Source: Candidatus Hydrogenedentota bacterium
GTDB lineage: Bacteria > Hydrogenedentota > Hydrogenedentia > Hydrogenedentales > SLHB01
DNA length: 64,000 bases
Reading direction: 5' to 3'
NCBI GenBank assembly: GCA_045863335.1
Contig: BTVY01000026.1
Location: 34,486-98,485, forward strand
The translations under genes and the position numbers were made by a program. Within the stretch, counting starts at the first letter, position 1, and each line of letters starts with the position of its first letter. The notes beneath the pieces were generated by a model, which was not told the origin of the DNA, did no database searches, and saw only the letters and a program-made list of their open reading frames with translations. Below are positions 10,002 through 18,586 of the stretch, piece after piece.

Positions 10002-12230
10002 ATGGGATACAAGCGCAGGCATCAAGAGGGCATGGCCCTCGTGCTGGTCGTACTCGCGATGATCGTCGTACTGGGCGCCATTACGGTTGTGGTGGCGCGC
10101 GTGCATACGGCGAAAATGCGCACCGACGCCGCCGTCGACCAGGCGCGACTGGACGAAGTGTGCAAGGCGGGTATCGACCTCGGTATCGAACGGATTTGGC
10201 ACCAATACGTGATCGGCCAAGGCAACACCACCGGTAACCTGGCCTCGTACATGGTGTTCATTAATAACGTGATCCCGAACAACGAGGACTTGAACGGCAA
10301 CGGCGAGGAAGACGGCGCCGAATTCGACATGGACGGCGACGGCGACTTCGAGATTGCCGATCCGATTCTGATTGTGGAGGAAGACGACAATCGTACCTTG
10401 CCGTCTGGCGGCCAGATCGTGCAGGTATCGCTCGCCCGAACCGATGATGTTACCGGCACGACCGTGACCATCCGTGCGACCGGCCGCGTCGGCCAGCGTA
10501 CAGCGGCCGCGACGCAGACCATTCGCGTCGCGGGCGAGCTGTTCGACGGTTTCGAATATGGAATCATGGCGAACAATATCAACTGTATTTTGTGCCACGC
10601 GGAAGTGCAGTCGCTCGACCTGTTCCGGAACAGCGACCCCTCGCAGTTCGGCACGTTTGACCGGATCAAGGTTGCGGCCCTTGAATCCCTGCTGATTCGC
10701 ACCAGCGAAAATGTCAACACCCATTTCGCGGGGACCACCTACACGCGCGGCCAGGTGTACAACCAAGCGGGAACTCCGTTCACGGCCTCGACACTCGCCT
10801 CGTCTACGTTCAAGGCCTATCACTTCAATTCCAGCAACGGCAAGATTTCGCAGGACGGTTCTGGCAACATGCAGGTCACCAATCTCGCCAACGCGGGTAC
10901 CGACGGCGACGGTATGCTGGACCAGTTTGCGAACCTGTACCTCGACTACCCGACCGAAGATAACCTGATGACAGACGGCACGCTGCCGGAGGACTTCCCG
11001 ACGCCTTATCCGGACGACGACGGCGACCGGTATGTGGACGACGACGAGTTCTCGCGGGTGATCAACAGCACGAACGGGTCGATCACCTTTGAGCTGGATC
11101 CGTCCGAGGTGACCGGTTCCGTGACGGCGGGCGTGGCCTATGGCGTACCGACGGGTTCGGCCTATACCGGCGAATCCCTGCCCACCGCCTCGAATGGCGC
11201 CTTGACGACGCTCACCGACGAGGGTTCCTACGACGGGAATCTCATCCTCATCGGCACGGAGGACGATCCTATCGTGATCGATAAGAAGGTCGCGGTCGAC
11301 GGCGACTTGATCATCAAAGGCAAGGTCAAAGGATGGGGCCAGATCTTCGTGCGCGGCAATGTGTATGTCGCTGGTGACGTAACCTACGCGGATGCGCCGG
11401 GCGAATTCGGTGTTGCCGAAGACGGCACGACCAATGGGTTCGCGTTGACGGCCGGCGGCAGCATCATGATGGGCGACTACTTGACCATCCGCGCCAAGAA
11501 GCACACGGCCGACACGGGCAAGTATCCCAGCGGCGGTTTCATCGACATGCGCGATGACCACGACACGCAGAACATCACCAAGAGCGGCACGACCCAGACG
11601 GTTCAGATGGGCTATTTCGACGACGGCGTCGTGGATGCAGGCTGGTCGCAGGGCGCCCAGGACCAGATCAGTTTCACCACATCGGAAATCATGCTGTTCA
11701 ACGAGATGGAGTACCAGAAGGCCCAGGCGGACCCGAACTACACGGCCCGCTACTACCGGCTGCGCCCCGATCAGCCTTTGTATCGGTACGTGTCCAGCGA
11801 CGAACATACGGTCAAGTACAGCGAATCGGGCGTGCTGACCATCTCCGATCCCGGCACCGCGGCCATCCACGACCTGAACCCTAACAACTTCTGGGTCAGC
11901 GAAGATCAGTTGCGCAACTTCTGGTGGGCCGACGAAATGACGCGGCCCTCCAGCGGGCGGCCCTTCCAGTTCGACGGTCTCCTCTATTCCAACAACAGCA
12001 TCTACGCCATCACGCGGAGCAGCGACCGGCACAAGTCGAACACGCGCGGCCAGATGACCATCCGCGGCAGCGTGATCTCCGCGGACCTGGGCGTGCTCGT
12101 GCCAGGCCCCGATTTCAGTGTGCCGCGGGACGCCTTGAAGCTGTATTACGACAAGCGCGTGGCAGACTTTCTCCGTGTCGAAGACACCACCCAGGTCGCC
12201 TTCCAGCGTCTGGCCTACCGGATAGACTAG
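10002..12230 (+). CDS. Large PilX-like pilin containing a CxxCH motif, cassette 2
   Basis: aggagg RBS; MGYKRRHQEG|MALVLVVLAMIVVLGAI (no E5); EDLNGNG, DMDGDGD and DDDGDRYVD loops; NCILCH at 10581-10598; C-terminal LYYDKR. Confidence 0.75.
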   Translation: MGYKRRHQEGMALVLVVLAMIVVLGAITVVVARVHTAKMRTDAAVDQARLDEVCKAGIDLGIERIWHQYVIGQGNTTGNLASYMVFINNVIPNNEDLNGNGEEDGAEFDMDGDGDFEIADPILIVEEDDNRTLPSGGQIVQVSLARTDDVTGTTVTIRATGRVGQRTAAATQTIRVAGELFDGFEYGIMANNINCILCHAEVQSLDLFRNSDPSQFGTFDRIKVAALESLLIRTSENVNTHFAGTTYTRGQVYNQAGTPFTASTLASSTFKAYHFNSSNGKISQDGSGNMQVTNLANAGTDGDGMLDQFANLYLDYPTEDNLMTDGTLPEDFPTPYPDDDGDRYVDDDEFSRVINSTNGSITFELDPSEVTGSVTAGVAYGVPTGSAYTGESLPTASNGALTTLTDEGSYDGNLILIGTEDDPIVIDKKVAVDGDLIIKGKVKGWGQIFVRGNVYVAGDVTYADAPGEFGVAEDGTTNGFALTAGGSIMMGDYLTIRAKKHTADTGKYPSGGFIDMRDDHDTQNITKSGTTQTVQMGYFDDGVVDAGWSQGAQDQISFTTSEIMLFNEMEYQKAQADPNYTARYYRLRPDQPLYRYVSSDEHTVKYSESGVLTISDPGTAAIHDLNPNNFWVSEDQLRNFWWADEMTRPSSGRPFQFDGLLYSNNSIYAITRSSDRHKSNTRGQMTIRGSVISADLGVLVPGPDFSVPRDALKLYYDKRVADFLRVEDTTQVAFQRLAYRID

Positions 12231-12243
12231 AGGAGCGGAACGT

Positions 12244-13161
12244 ATGACCAAGTTTTCACTTTCACTTGCCCTCGTCACCGGAATCGCATTTGCAGTCGCC
12301 GCATCCGCCGATACCGTGTACTTTCCGGACGGGACGACGGTAGACGGCGTCGTCACGGAGGTGAATGCGAATTGCATCGCCATCGAATCCGGCGGCGGGC
12401 GAATGCTCGTTCAGACGAATCGAATCGCGCGCGTCGAAAAGAACGACAAAACCGGCACGCTCAATGTGAGCAAGACAAGCCCCTGGACGGTCAAGATCGA
12501 GAAAGAGATGCGCGAGAAGACCGGCATGACCCAGGAACAACGCGAAGAGATCGTGCGCATCATCGACCGCCTCGCCGCTGAGGATAACAACGAGCGGGCC
12601 CTATCGATCAAACGACTCGTCGCCTTGCAGCAGGAAGTGGACGTGTTCAAGTTTCTCGTGAACACCATGAGCAGTTATGGCGCCCGCACCAAGCCGGGCG
12701 TGCTCGAAGTGCTGATGGCCATCAACCGCGACGACGCGATTCCCGTCGTCCGGTCCTGCGCCACCGATCAGGTGCCGTCGAATCGGGCGGCCGCGCTGAA
12801 GATCATGGGCGAAGCGAAGGACGTGGCGTCCCTTGAAACGATCGCGCGCGGCATGGTCGATATCGACGAATCCGTGCGCGTCGCCGCCGCCGCCGCGCTC
12901 GCCGCAACCGGAAGCAAGCGGGCGACCCCGTTGCTCATCGATGGACTGGACAATCTCGACAAGCGCGTCGTCAACGCCTGCATGATGGCCTTGACAAGCT
13001 TGTGGAGCACGGAGGAAAGCCCGGTCAAGTTCGACGCGCCGGAGGGTTGGAAGTCGTTCTGGGCAGAGCGGGAAACGAGCGTGGCAGAACCCATCCGGAT
13101 AGCGCAGCTCGAACCCCTCTTCGTGCCCGAGCCCGGACAGTACGTACTGGTTCATGAATAA
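12244..13161 (+). CDS. Secreted HEAT-repeat protein
   Basis: Signal peptide (AVAASA|D), a DTVYFPDGTTVDGVV N-domain and HEAT repeats (VRVAAAAALAATG, LIDGLDNLDKRVVNAC). Confidence 0.75.
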   Translation: MTKFSLSLALVTGIAFAVAASADTVYFPDGTTVDGVVTEVNANCIAIESGGGRMLVQTNRIARVEKNDKTGTLNVSKTSPWTVKIEKEMREKTGMTQEQREEIVRIIDRLAAEDNNERALSIKRLVALQQEVDVFKFLVNTMSSYGARTKPGVLEVLMAINRDDAIPVVRSCATDQVPSNRAAALKIMGEAKDVASLETIARGMVDIDESVRVAAAAALAATGSKRATPLLIDGLDNLDKRVVNACMMALTSLWSTEESPVKFDAPEGWKSFWAERETSVAEPIRIAQLEPLFVPEPGQYVLVHE

Positions 13162-13183
13162 GCGCGCGGACCGTGCTTAGGTC

Positions 13184-13218
13184 AAAAAAAAGGGATGCCG
13201 GACTGTGTCCGGCATCCC
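13184..13218 (-). terminator. Rho-independent terminator (leuCD side; possibly bidirectional)
   Basis: 12-bp stem gggatgccggac/gtccggcatccc with a tgt loop, followed by a U8 tract on the minus strand, between convergent genes. Confidence 0.85.
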
Positions 13219-13267
13219 CTCTTGAGTAGTCTCATTGACCACGCGGATCGCGTGACCGACCCTACAC

Positions 13268-13858
13268 TTACCCGCGCGTTTTCTCGAATGCGGTAATCTT
13301 GTCCTCGTGCCGTAACGTCAAGCCGATTTGGTCCCACCCGTTCAACAGGCATTCCTTCTTGAAGGGGTCTACCTCAAACGCGATCGTGGACCCATCGGGC
13401 TTGGTTATCGTTTGGGCCGGCAAATCGACGGTCAGGGAGTACCCCTCCTGGCTGCGGACTTCCCGGAAGAGTTGTTCGATAACGTCCGCCGGCAGCACGA
13501 TGGGCAGCATGCCGTTGTTGAAGCAATTGTTGAAGAAGATATCCGCGTACGAAGGCGCCAGGATGCAGCGGAATCCGTAGTTCTCCAACGCCCACGGCGC
13601 ATGCTCGCGCGACGAACCACACCCAAAGTTATCTTTGGTCAACAGGATGCTCGCTCCCTGGTACCGCGGCGCGTTCAACTCAAAGTCCGGATCGGGCGAA
13701 CCGTCCGCCTTGAATCGCCAATCGAAGAAGAGGAAATCCTCGTACCCCGTCCGTTCGATGCGTTTCAAAAACTGTTTCGGGATTATCTGGTCCGTATCCA
13801 CGTTCAACGCTTCCAGTGGCGCGACGATCCCGGTCAATGTTGTAAAGGGCTTCATCAT
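13268..13858 (-). CDS. leuD: 3-isopropylmalate dehydratase small subunit
   Basis: [37 protein letters not shown] and [12 protein letters not shown]. Confidence 0.97.
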   Translation of the reverse strand: MMKPFTTLTGIVAPLEALNVDTDQIIPKQFLKRIERTGYEDFLFFDWRFKADGSPDPDFELNAPRYQGASILLTKDNFGCGSSREHAPWALENYGFRCILAPSYADIFFNNCFNNGMLPIVLPADVIEQLFREVRSQEGYSLTVDLPAQTITKPDGSTIAFEVDPFKKECLLNGWDQIGLTLRHEDKITAFEKTRG

Positions 13859-13928
13859 TTGTCTCCCACGTTACGCGGCCAGTGAGGCTGCTTCTCCGTG
13901 CTCCAATTCGGCCATGTGCCGGCCGGGC

Positions 13929-15335
13929 CTAGTTGTATTTCCAGTCGCGAATGTCCACGAAGTGGCCTTTGATGGCGGCGGCCACGGCCATCGCCGGGCT
14001 GACGAGATGCGTGCGCCCGCCTTTACCCTGGCGTCCTTCAAAATTCCGGTTCGACGTCGACGCGCAACGGTCGCCCGGTTGCAGGATATCCGCGTTCATG
14101 GCAAGACACATGGAGCATCCCGCCTCACGCCATTCGAATCCGGCTTCCTTGAAGACTTTGTCGAGTCCTTCGGCCTCGGCCTGCAATTTCACTTGTTGTG
14201 AACCGGGGACTACGAGGGCCTGCTCCACCGACGGGCTGACCTTGTAGCCCTTGACGACTTTCGCCGCCGCGCGGATATCTTCGATCCGCCCGTTGGTGCA
14301 GGAGCCGAAAAACATCTTGTTGATGGTGATCTTCTGGATCGGCACGCCTTCGGCCAGGTCCATGTACTTCAGCGCCTTCTCCGCCGCGTGACGCGTGTTG
14401 CCATCGCCGATCTCCGCGAGCACCGGTGTCGTACGGGTGACGCCCGTCACCATGCCGGGCGACGTGCCCCAGGTGACTTGCGGCTCAATTTCCGAGGCGT
14501 CCAACTCGACGACGCGGTCGTAGGCGCAACCCGCGTCGGAAGCCCAGGTGGCCCACTGCTTGGCCAGCGCGTCATGGCTCTTGCCGTTCAGGTATTCGCG
14601 ACCCTTGAGATACTCGAAGGTCTTCTCGTCGGGCGAGATCAACCCCGCCCGCGCGCCCGCTTCGATGGACATGTTGCAGACCGTCATGCGGCCTTCCATG
14701 CTCAGCGACCGAATCGCATCGCCCGTATATTCGATTACATATCCCGTGCCGCCGGCGGTGCCGATCTTGCCGATGATCGCCAGGATGATGTCTTTCGCGG
14801 TGATCCCATGCGGCAGCGCGCCGTTCACACGGATCTCCATCGTCTTCGACTTCTTCTGCAACAGCGTCTGCGTCGCCAGCACGTGCTCCACCTCGCTCGT
14901 GCCGATGCCGAAGGCCAGCGCCCCGAAGGCGCCGTGCGTCGACGTGTGCGAATCGCCACAGACAATCGTCTGACCCGGTTGGGTCAGGCCCAGCTCCGGC
15001 CCAATCACGTGGACGATGCCGTTGCGGCGGTCGCGCATGTCGAAACAGGCCACGCCCGCCTCCGCGCAGTTCGCCTTCAACGTCTCCACCTGCTGCGCCG
15101 ACATGGGGTCTTCGATGGGCTTGGAACGATCCGTTGTCGGGATGTTGTGATCCATCGTTGCAAACGTGAGGTCCGGACGGCGCACCTCGCGGCCTGCAAG
15201 CCGGAGGCCCTCGAAGGCCTGCGGTGACGTCACTTCGTGAACGTAGTGACGGTCGATATACAGAATGCTGTCCTGGCCTGGTTCCTCGTGAACGACGTGG
15301 GCCTCCCAGATCTTTTCGTAAATGTTCTTCGCCAT
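13929..15335 (-). CDS. leuC: 3-isopropylmalate dehydratase large subunit
   Basis: [41 protein letters not shown] and [12 protein letters not shown]. Confidence 0.97.
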   Translation of the reverse strand: MAKNIYEKIWEAHVVHEEPGQDSILYIDRHYVHEVTSPQAFEGLRLAGREVRRPDLTFATMDHNIPTTDRSKPIEDPMSAQQVETLKANCAEAGVACFDMRDRRNGIVHVIGPELGLTQPGQTIVCGDSHTSTHGAFGALAFGIGTSEVEHVLATQTLLQKKSKTMEIRVNGALPHGITAKDIILAIIGKIGTAGGTGYVIEYTGDAIRSLSMEGRMTVCNMSIEAGARAGLISPDEKTFEYLKGREYLNGKSHDALAKQWATWASDAGCAYDRVVELDASEIEPQVTWGTSPGMVTGVTRTTPVLAEIGDGNTRHAAEKALKYMDLAEGVPIQKITINKMFFGSCTNGRIEDIRAAAKVVKGYKVSPSVEQALVVPGSQQVKLQAEAEGLDKVFKEAGFEWREAGCSMCLAMNADILQPGDRCASTSNRNFEGRQGKGGRTHLVSPAMAVAAAIKGHFVDIRDWKYN

Positions 15336-15356
15336 GATGTGAACTACCGTCCTTTG

Positions 15357-16823
15357 CTAGTCGATCGCGTATACGCCCTCGACAGAACCATCGCTGTCGA
15401 CGACGACGAGTTTGTGTCCTTGTCCCATCGGGACGCTCTGGCCATCGATTACGATGACGCCCGTCGCGATGGTGAATTGAATCGTTCCAAATGTGCAGGC
15501 CGTCACGCCCTTGGCATAGTCGAACGTAAACGCTTCGTTGCCAATCCCCGCGGTTCCGCTGGCCTGCGCACGATCCTCGGACGAAATGATGACACGACCG
15601 CCGCGCGTGCCGCCGGGAAACGTCATGTCGCGGACCGCGATGCGCACATCGCCGAGGTCCGTGATGCCGTATCCATGTTTCGAATAGGTGACCCGGCTGG
15701 CAACGGCCTGTGGTTTTCCGCTCGCCGATGTGGAGTCGTAGCTTACTTCCGTTTCAAATGGAAGCTTGCCTAGTTTCTGCGATTCTCCACTCATGGCGGA
15801 CGCCGGCTGCACGTCGCCCGCGCTATCGCCTCCAGCCATCGCCACCGGCGGTTCCGGCGTGCTCACCGGCATTACATCTTCCACCGTTTCAGACTTGGCT
15901 TGCTCTTTGTCTCCATTTCCGACAAGGCCGAACGTCAACTTGCTCATCAGCGAACGCTTCGGCGCATCCGCAGACTCGGATTCCTCTGCCGCGTCCTCTT
16001 GCGCTCTAGCCGTCTGCTTCTCTTCTTTTCGAGCCTGTTTCTCAGCCTTTTCCTGTTCCTTCGCGGCTTGCTTGGCCTCTTTCTTTGCGGCCTTCTCTTC
16101 CGAATCGCCGCCAACGAGACCAAAAGTTGCCTTGCTCATGAAGCCGCGCTTCGACTCATCTTCGGATTCGGCCGGCTCGGCCTTGGCCATCTGATCCTCG
16201 TCCTTGCGGGCCTGTTTCTCAGCTTGCTTCTGCTCTTTGGCGGCTTGCTTCTCGGACTTCTTTTCGGCTTCAGCCTGCCGTTTGGCTTCTTTCTTCGCGG
16301 CTTTCTCTTCCGACTCGCCGCCCACCAGGCCAAAGGTTGCCTTGTTCATGAACCCACGCTTTGGCTCTTCCGCGGACGGGGAAGACTCGGCCTGAGACTT
16401 CGCCATGCGCTTTTCGTCATCGCGAGCCTGCTTCTCGGCTTTCTTCTGTTCCTTGGCGGCACGCTTTTCGGCCTGCTTCTGCTCTTCGGCCTGGCGTTTG
16501 GCTTCCTTCTTCGCGGCTTTCTCTTCCGACTCGCCGCCGACCATGCCAAACGTCGCTTTGCTCATGAATCCCCGACCGGATTCCTCTTCTTTCTTGGCCT
16601 GTTTCTCCGCTTTTTTCTGCTCTTTGGCCGCCTGCTTTTCCGCCTTTTCCTGCTCTTTTTCCGCGTGCTTCTGCTCGGCGGAGGCTTCATCCTCCGAGCC
16701 GACCAGCCCGAACGTGGCCTTGTTCATGACGTTCTTGGTCGAGGCGCAGCCCGGCCCCGATACGGTCAACCCGACAAGGATCAGCACGAGAAGTATCCGG
16801 GTCCAGAAACCTGTGGATCGCAT
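15357..16823 (-). CDS. Hypothetical lipoprotein with five MxKxTFGxVG repeats and Lys/Ala/Glu-rich spacers
   Basis: Signal peptide ending SGPG|C; repeated units separated by EKAAKKEAK coiled-coil tracts; small beta-rich C-terminal domain. Confidence 0.7.
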   Translation of the reverse strand: MRSTGFWTRILLVLILVGLTVSGPGCASTKNVMNKATFGLVGSEDEASAEQKHAEKEQEKAEKQAAKEQKKAEKQAKKEEESGRGFMSKATFGMVGGESEEKAAKKEAKRQAEEQKQAEKRAAKEQKKAEKQARDDEKRMAKSQAESSPSAEEPKRGFMNKATFGLVGGESEEKAAKKEAKRQAEAEKKSEKQAAKEQKQAEKQARKDEDQMAKAEPAESEDESKRGFMSKATFGLVGGDSEEKAAKKEAKQAAKEQEKAEKQARKEEKQTARAQEDAAEESESADAPKRSLMSKLTFGLVGNGDKEQAKSETVEDVMPVSTPEPPVAMAGGDSAGDVQPASAMSGESQKLGKLPFETEVSYDSTSASGKPQAVASRVTYSKHGYGITDLGDVRIAVRDMTFPGGTRGGRVIISSEDRAQASGTAGIGNEAFTFDYAKGVTACTFGTIQFTIATGVIVIDGQSVPMGQGHKLVVVDSDGSVEGVYAID

Positions 16824-16868
16824 GAGGACGAACTCCTTACGGTAAAGTGCCTACAGAATGAATCGAAA

Positions 16869-17516
16869 CTATGAGTTGTATTTGCGCAGTACGTCGGTGA
16901 GAGCTTCCCGCAGCAAAACCGCTTCACCGATGCCTTCCCGCTTTGCGAGGCGCGCCAATCCCGCCAACTGCCCCTGCGTGTAGTGGCTCGTCTTGGTCTG
17001 CATCTTCTCTTCCCTGGCCAGGCAGACCTTGTTCCGTCCCGAGACTTTGGCTCGATACAGCGCCTCGTTCACTTTTCGCACCAGCTCCGGCGCTTTCGAA
17101 TCATCGTCTGGAAAGGAAGCCACACCCGCGCTTAACGTAAGCCCCAATTCTACCTCGCGTCCGCCGCATCTGACAATGTGTTTACGGTCGAAGGCGCGCC
17201 GTGCATCCTCCGCCAGTAGAAACGCGTCTTCCTTTTCCACCCCGGGCATGACCGCCATGTGGGCGTCTCCGCCGTAACGCAGAACCTGCCCCCGGCCGTC
17301 AATACATTCCACCAATGACGCCGCAAACGCATCGATCACCGCATCGCCCACAGGACGTCCATGGTCGTGATTGGTCCTGCCGAACCAATCAATATCGAAG
17401 AGAATCAGCGATAGCACGGAATTCCGTTCTGCCGCCTGATCCAGGAGTGGTTGAAACTCCTGGGAAAAGCACTCGAAGAACGTTCGGTTTTCACTGGCGT
17501 TTGCTTGGGTTTTCAT
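16869..17516 (-). CDS. Degenerate GGDEF domain fused to a C-terminal ribbon-helix-helix-like domain
   Basis: FDIDWF...N...G...GD, RYGGDAH (GGDEF degenerate), TLSAGVA and ALYRAKVSGRNKV; then KTSHYTQGQLAGLARLAKREGIGEAVLLREALTDVL (RHH/CopG pattern). Confidence 0.75.
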   Translation of the reverse strand: MKTQANASENRTFFECFSQEFQPLLDQAAERNSVLSLILFDIDWFGRTNHDHGRPVGDAVIDAFAASLVECIDGRGQVLRYGGDAHMAVMPGVEKEDAFLLAEDARRAFDRKHIVRCGGREVELGLTLSAGVASFPDDDSKAPELVRKVNEALYRAKVSGRNKVCLAREEKMQTKTSHYTQGQLAGLARLAKREGIGEAVLLREALTDVLRKYNS

Positions 17517-17550
17517 GGGGCTTACTACTATCGGTTCGAGGGAACTTTCG

Positions 17551-17655
17551 TAAACTAATGCTGTTCTTATACCATTAGTTTATACATATGTCAACATACA
17601 TATAATCACATGATGTCCATATAAATTGCGTGCGTTGACTTTCTAATGTAGTCAA
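17551..17655 (-). promoter_or_regulatory. Promoter of the GGDEF-RHH gene with operator-like palindromes
   Basis: Minus strand TTGACA (17594-17589)-17 nt-TATAAG (17571-17566) with an extended TG. Perfect IR taaactaatg/cattagttta (17551-17582) surrounds the -10; ttgact-N9-agtcaa at 17635-17655. Confidence 0.6.
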
Positions 17656-17697
17656 TAAATTCGAGTTCGGCAGGTCCTGCAACCGGCCCTTCGCTCA

Positions 17698-18495
17698 TCA
17701 GGATGGCTTGTCAAGCGAGCTGTTCGCGGGGGGAAGTAAAGATGGGTGAGGTCCGTGTTTTAAGAAGACTCCCGCGTGGACCAGTGCTGCCGACCAGACG
17801 ATCGCAATGTGAACGACCGTCACTCGTTCCAGCACAAACCGGGCGTCGGGAACACTGATGGCGATGATCCCGGAGATGCCCGCAACCGCGAGCCCTACCG
17901 GCAGGAGTAGCGGAGGGATACGCCAGAAGTAAGCCGTGTATCCAGCGCACAGCATGAGGCACGCGGCCGAAATCGATCCCCATTTGATGCGCGTCCAGTA
18001 TTGAAGCTGCGTCATCGTAGCTACCGAGATTTCGGCCGGAGTTTCCACGTGGGTGAGTTCGTGTAGCGTCATGTTCTCGACGATATCCCCGATTAACATG
18101 GCGACCGAGAGAATGAGGCCGAGAATCAAAAACGCCTTGAGCTTCACGAGCCCCGTGAATCGGTACGTGTTCAGGTGGGAGACGAAAACGATGAGGCAGG
18201 CATTAAACGCGCTGTAACACACCATAAACGCGAAATCGTATACGTTGATGGTATCGAGATTCTGACGCAACGCTTCGCCCTTCTCGGAATCGAAGGGCCC
18301 GAGAACCTTGAAGACCTCATCCGGTGAGCCGGCAAGTTCAAGCCATAGCATGGCCGATTTGAAGCCTACCGAGTTGGGGTACTGATACGGGGAGATGTCG
18401 CCGCCGGTCATGACTTGCATCACGATGACCGATAGTATCGTAGCTGACCCGGAGATCACGACCAACTTCGCTGCTGCGCGTCCGATGCTCTTCAT
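17698..18495 (-). CDS. Hypothetical integral membrane protein (~6 TM)
   Basis: 265-aa ORF with several hydrophobic helices and a gagggg RBS; no family recognised. Confidence 0.7.
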   Translation of the reverse strand: MKSIGRAAAKLVVISGSATILSVIVMQVMTGGDISPYQYPNSVGFKSAMLWLELAGSPDEVFKVLGPFDSEKGEALRQNLDTINVYDFAFMVCYSAFNACLIVFVSHLNTYRFTGLVKLKAFLILGLILSVAMLIGDIVENMTLHELTHVETPAEISVATMTQLQYWTRIKWGSISAACLMLCAGYTAYFWRIPPLLLPVGLAVAGISGIIAISVPDARFVLERVTVVHIAIVWSAALVHAGVFLKHGPHPSLLPPANSSLDKPS

Positions 18496-18560
18496 GGGTC
18501 AACCCCTCAAGTGAACCCGCGGGTACCAGCCGCACTGGGCGAACGGCTGGCCCCTTGTAC

Positions 18561-18586
18561 AAAAAAGCGCCCCCGAGAGGTGCGCT
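18561..18586 (-). terminator. Possible terminator after aconitase
   Basis: Minus strand agcgcacc-tctcg-ggggcgct followed by a U tract; one stem mismatch. Confidence 0.45.
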
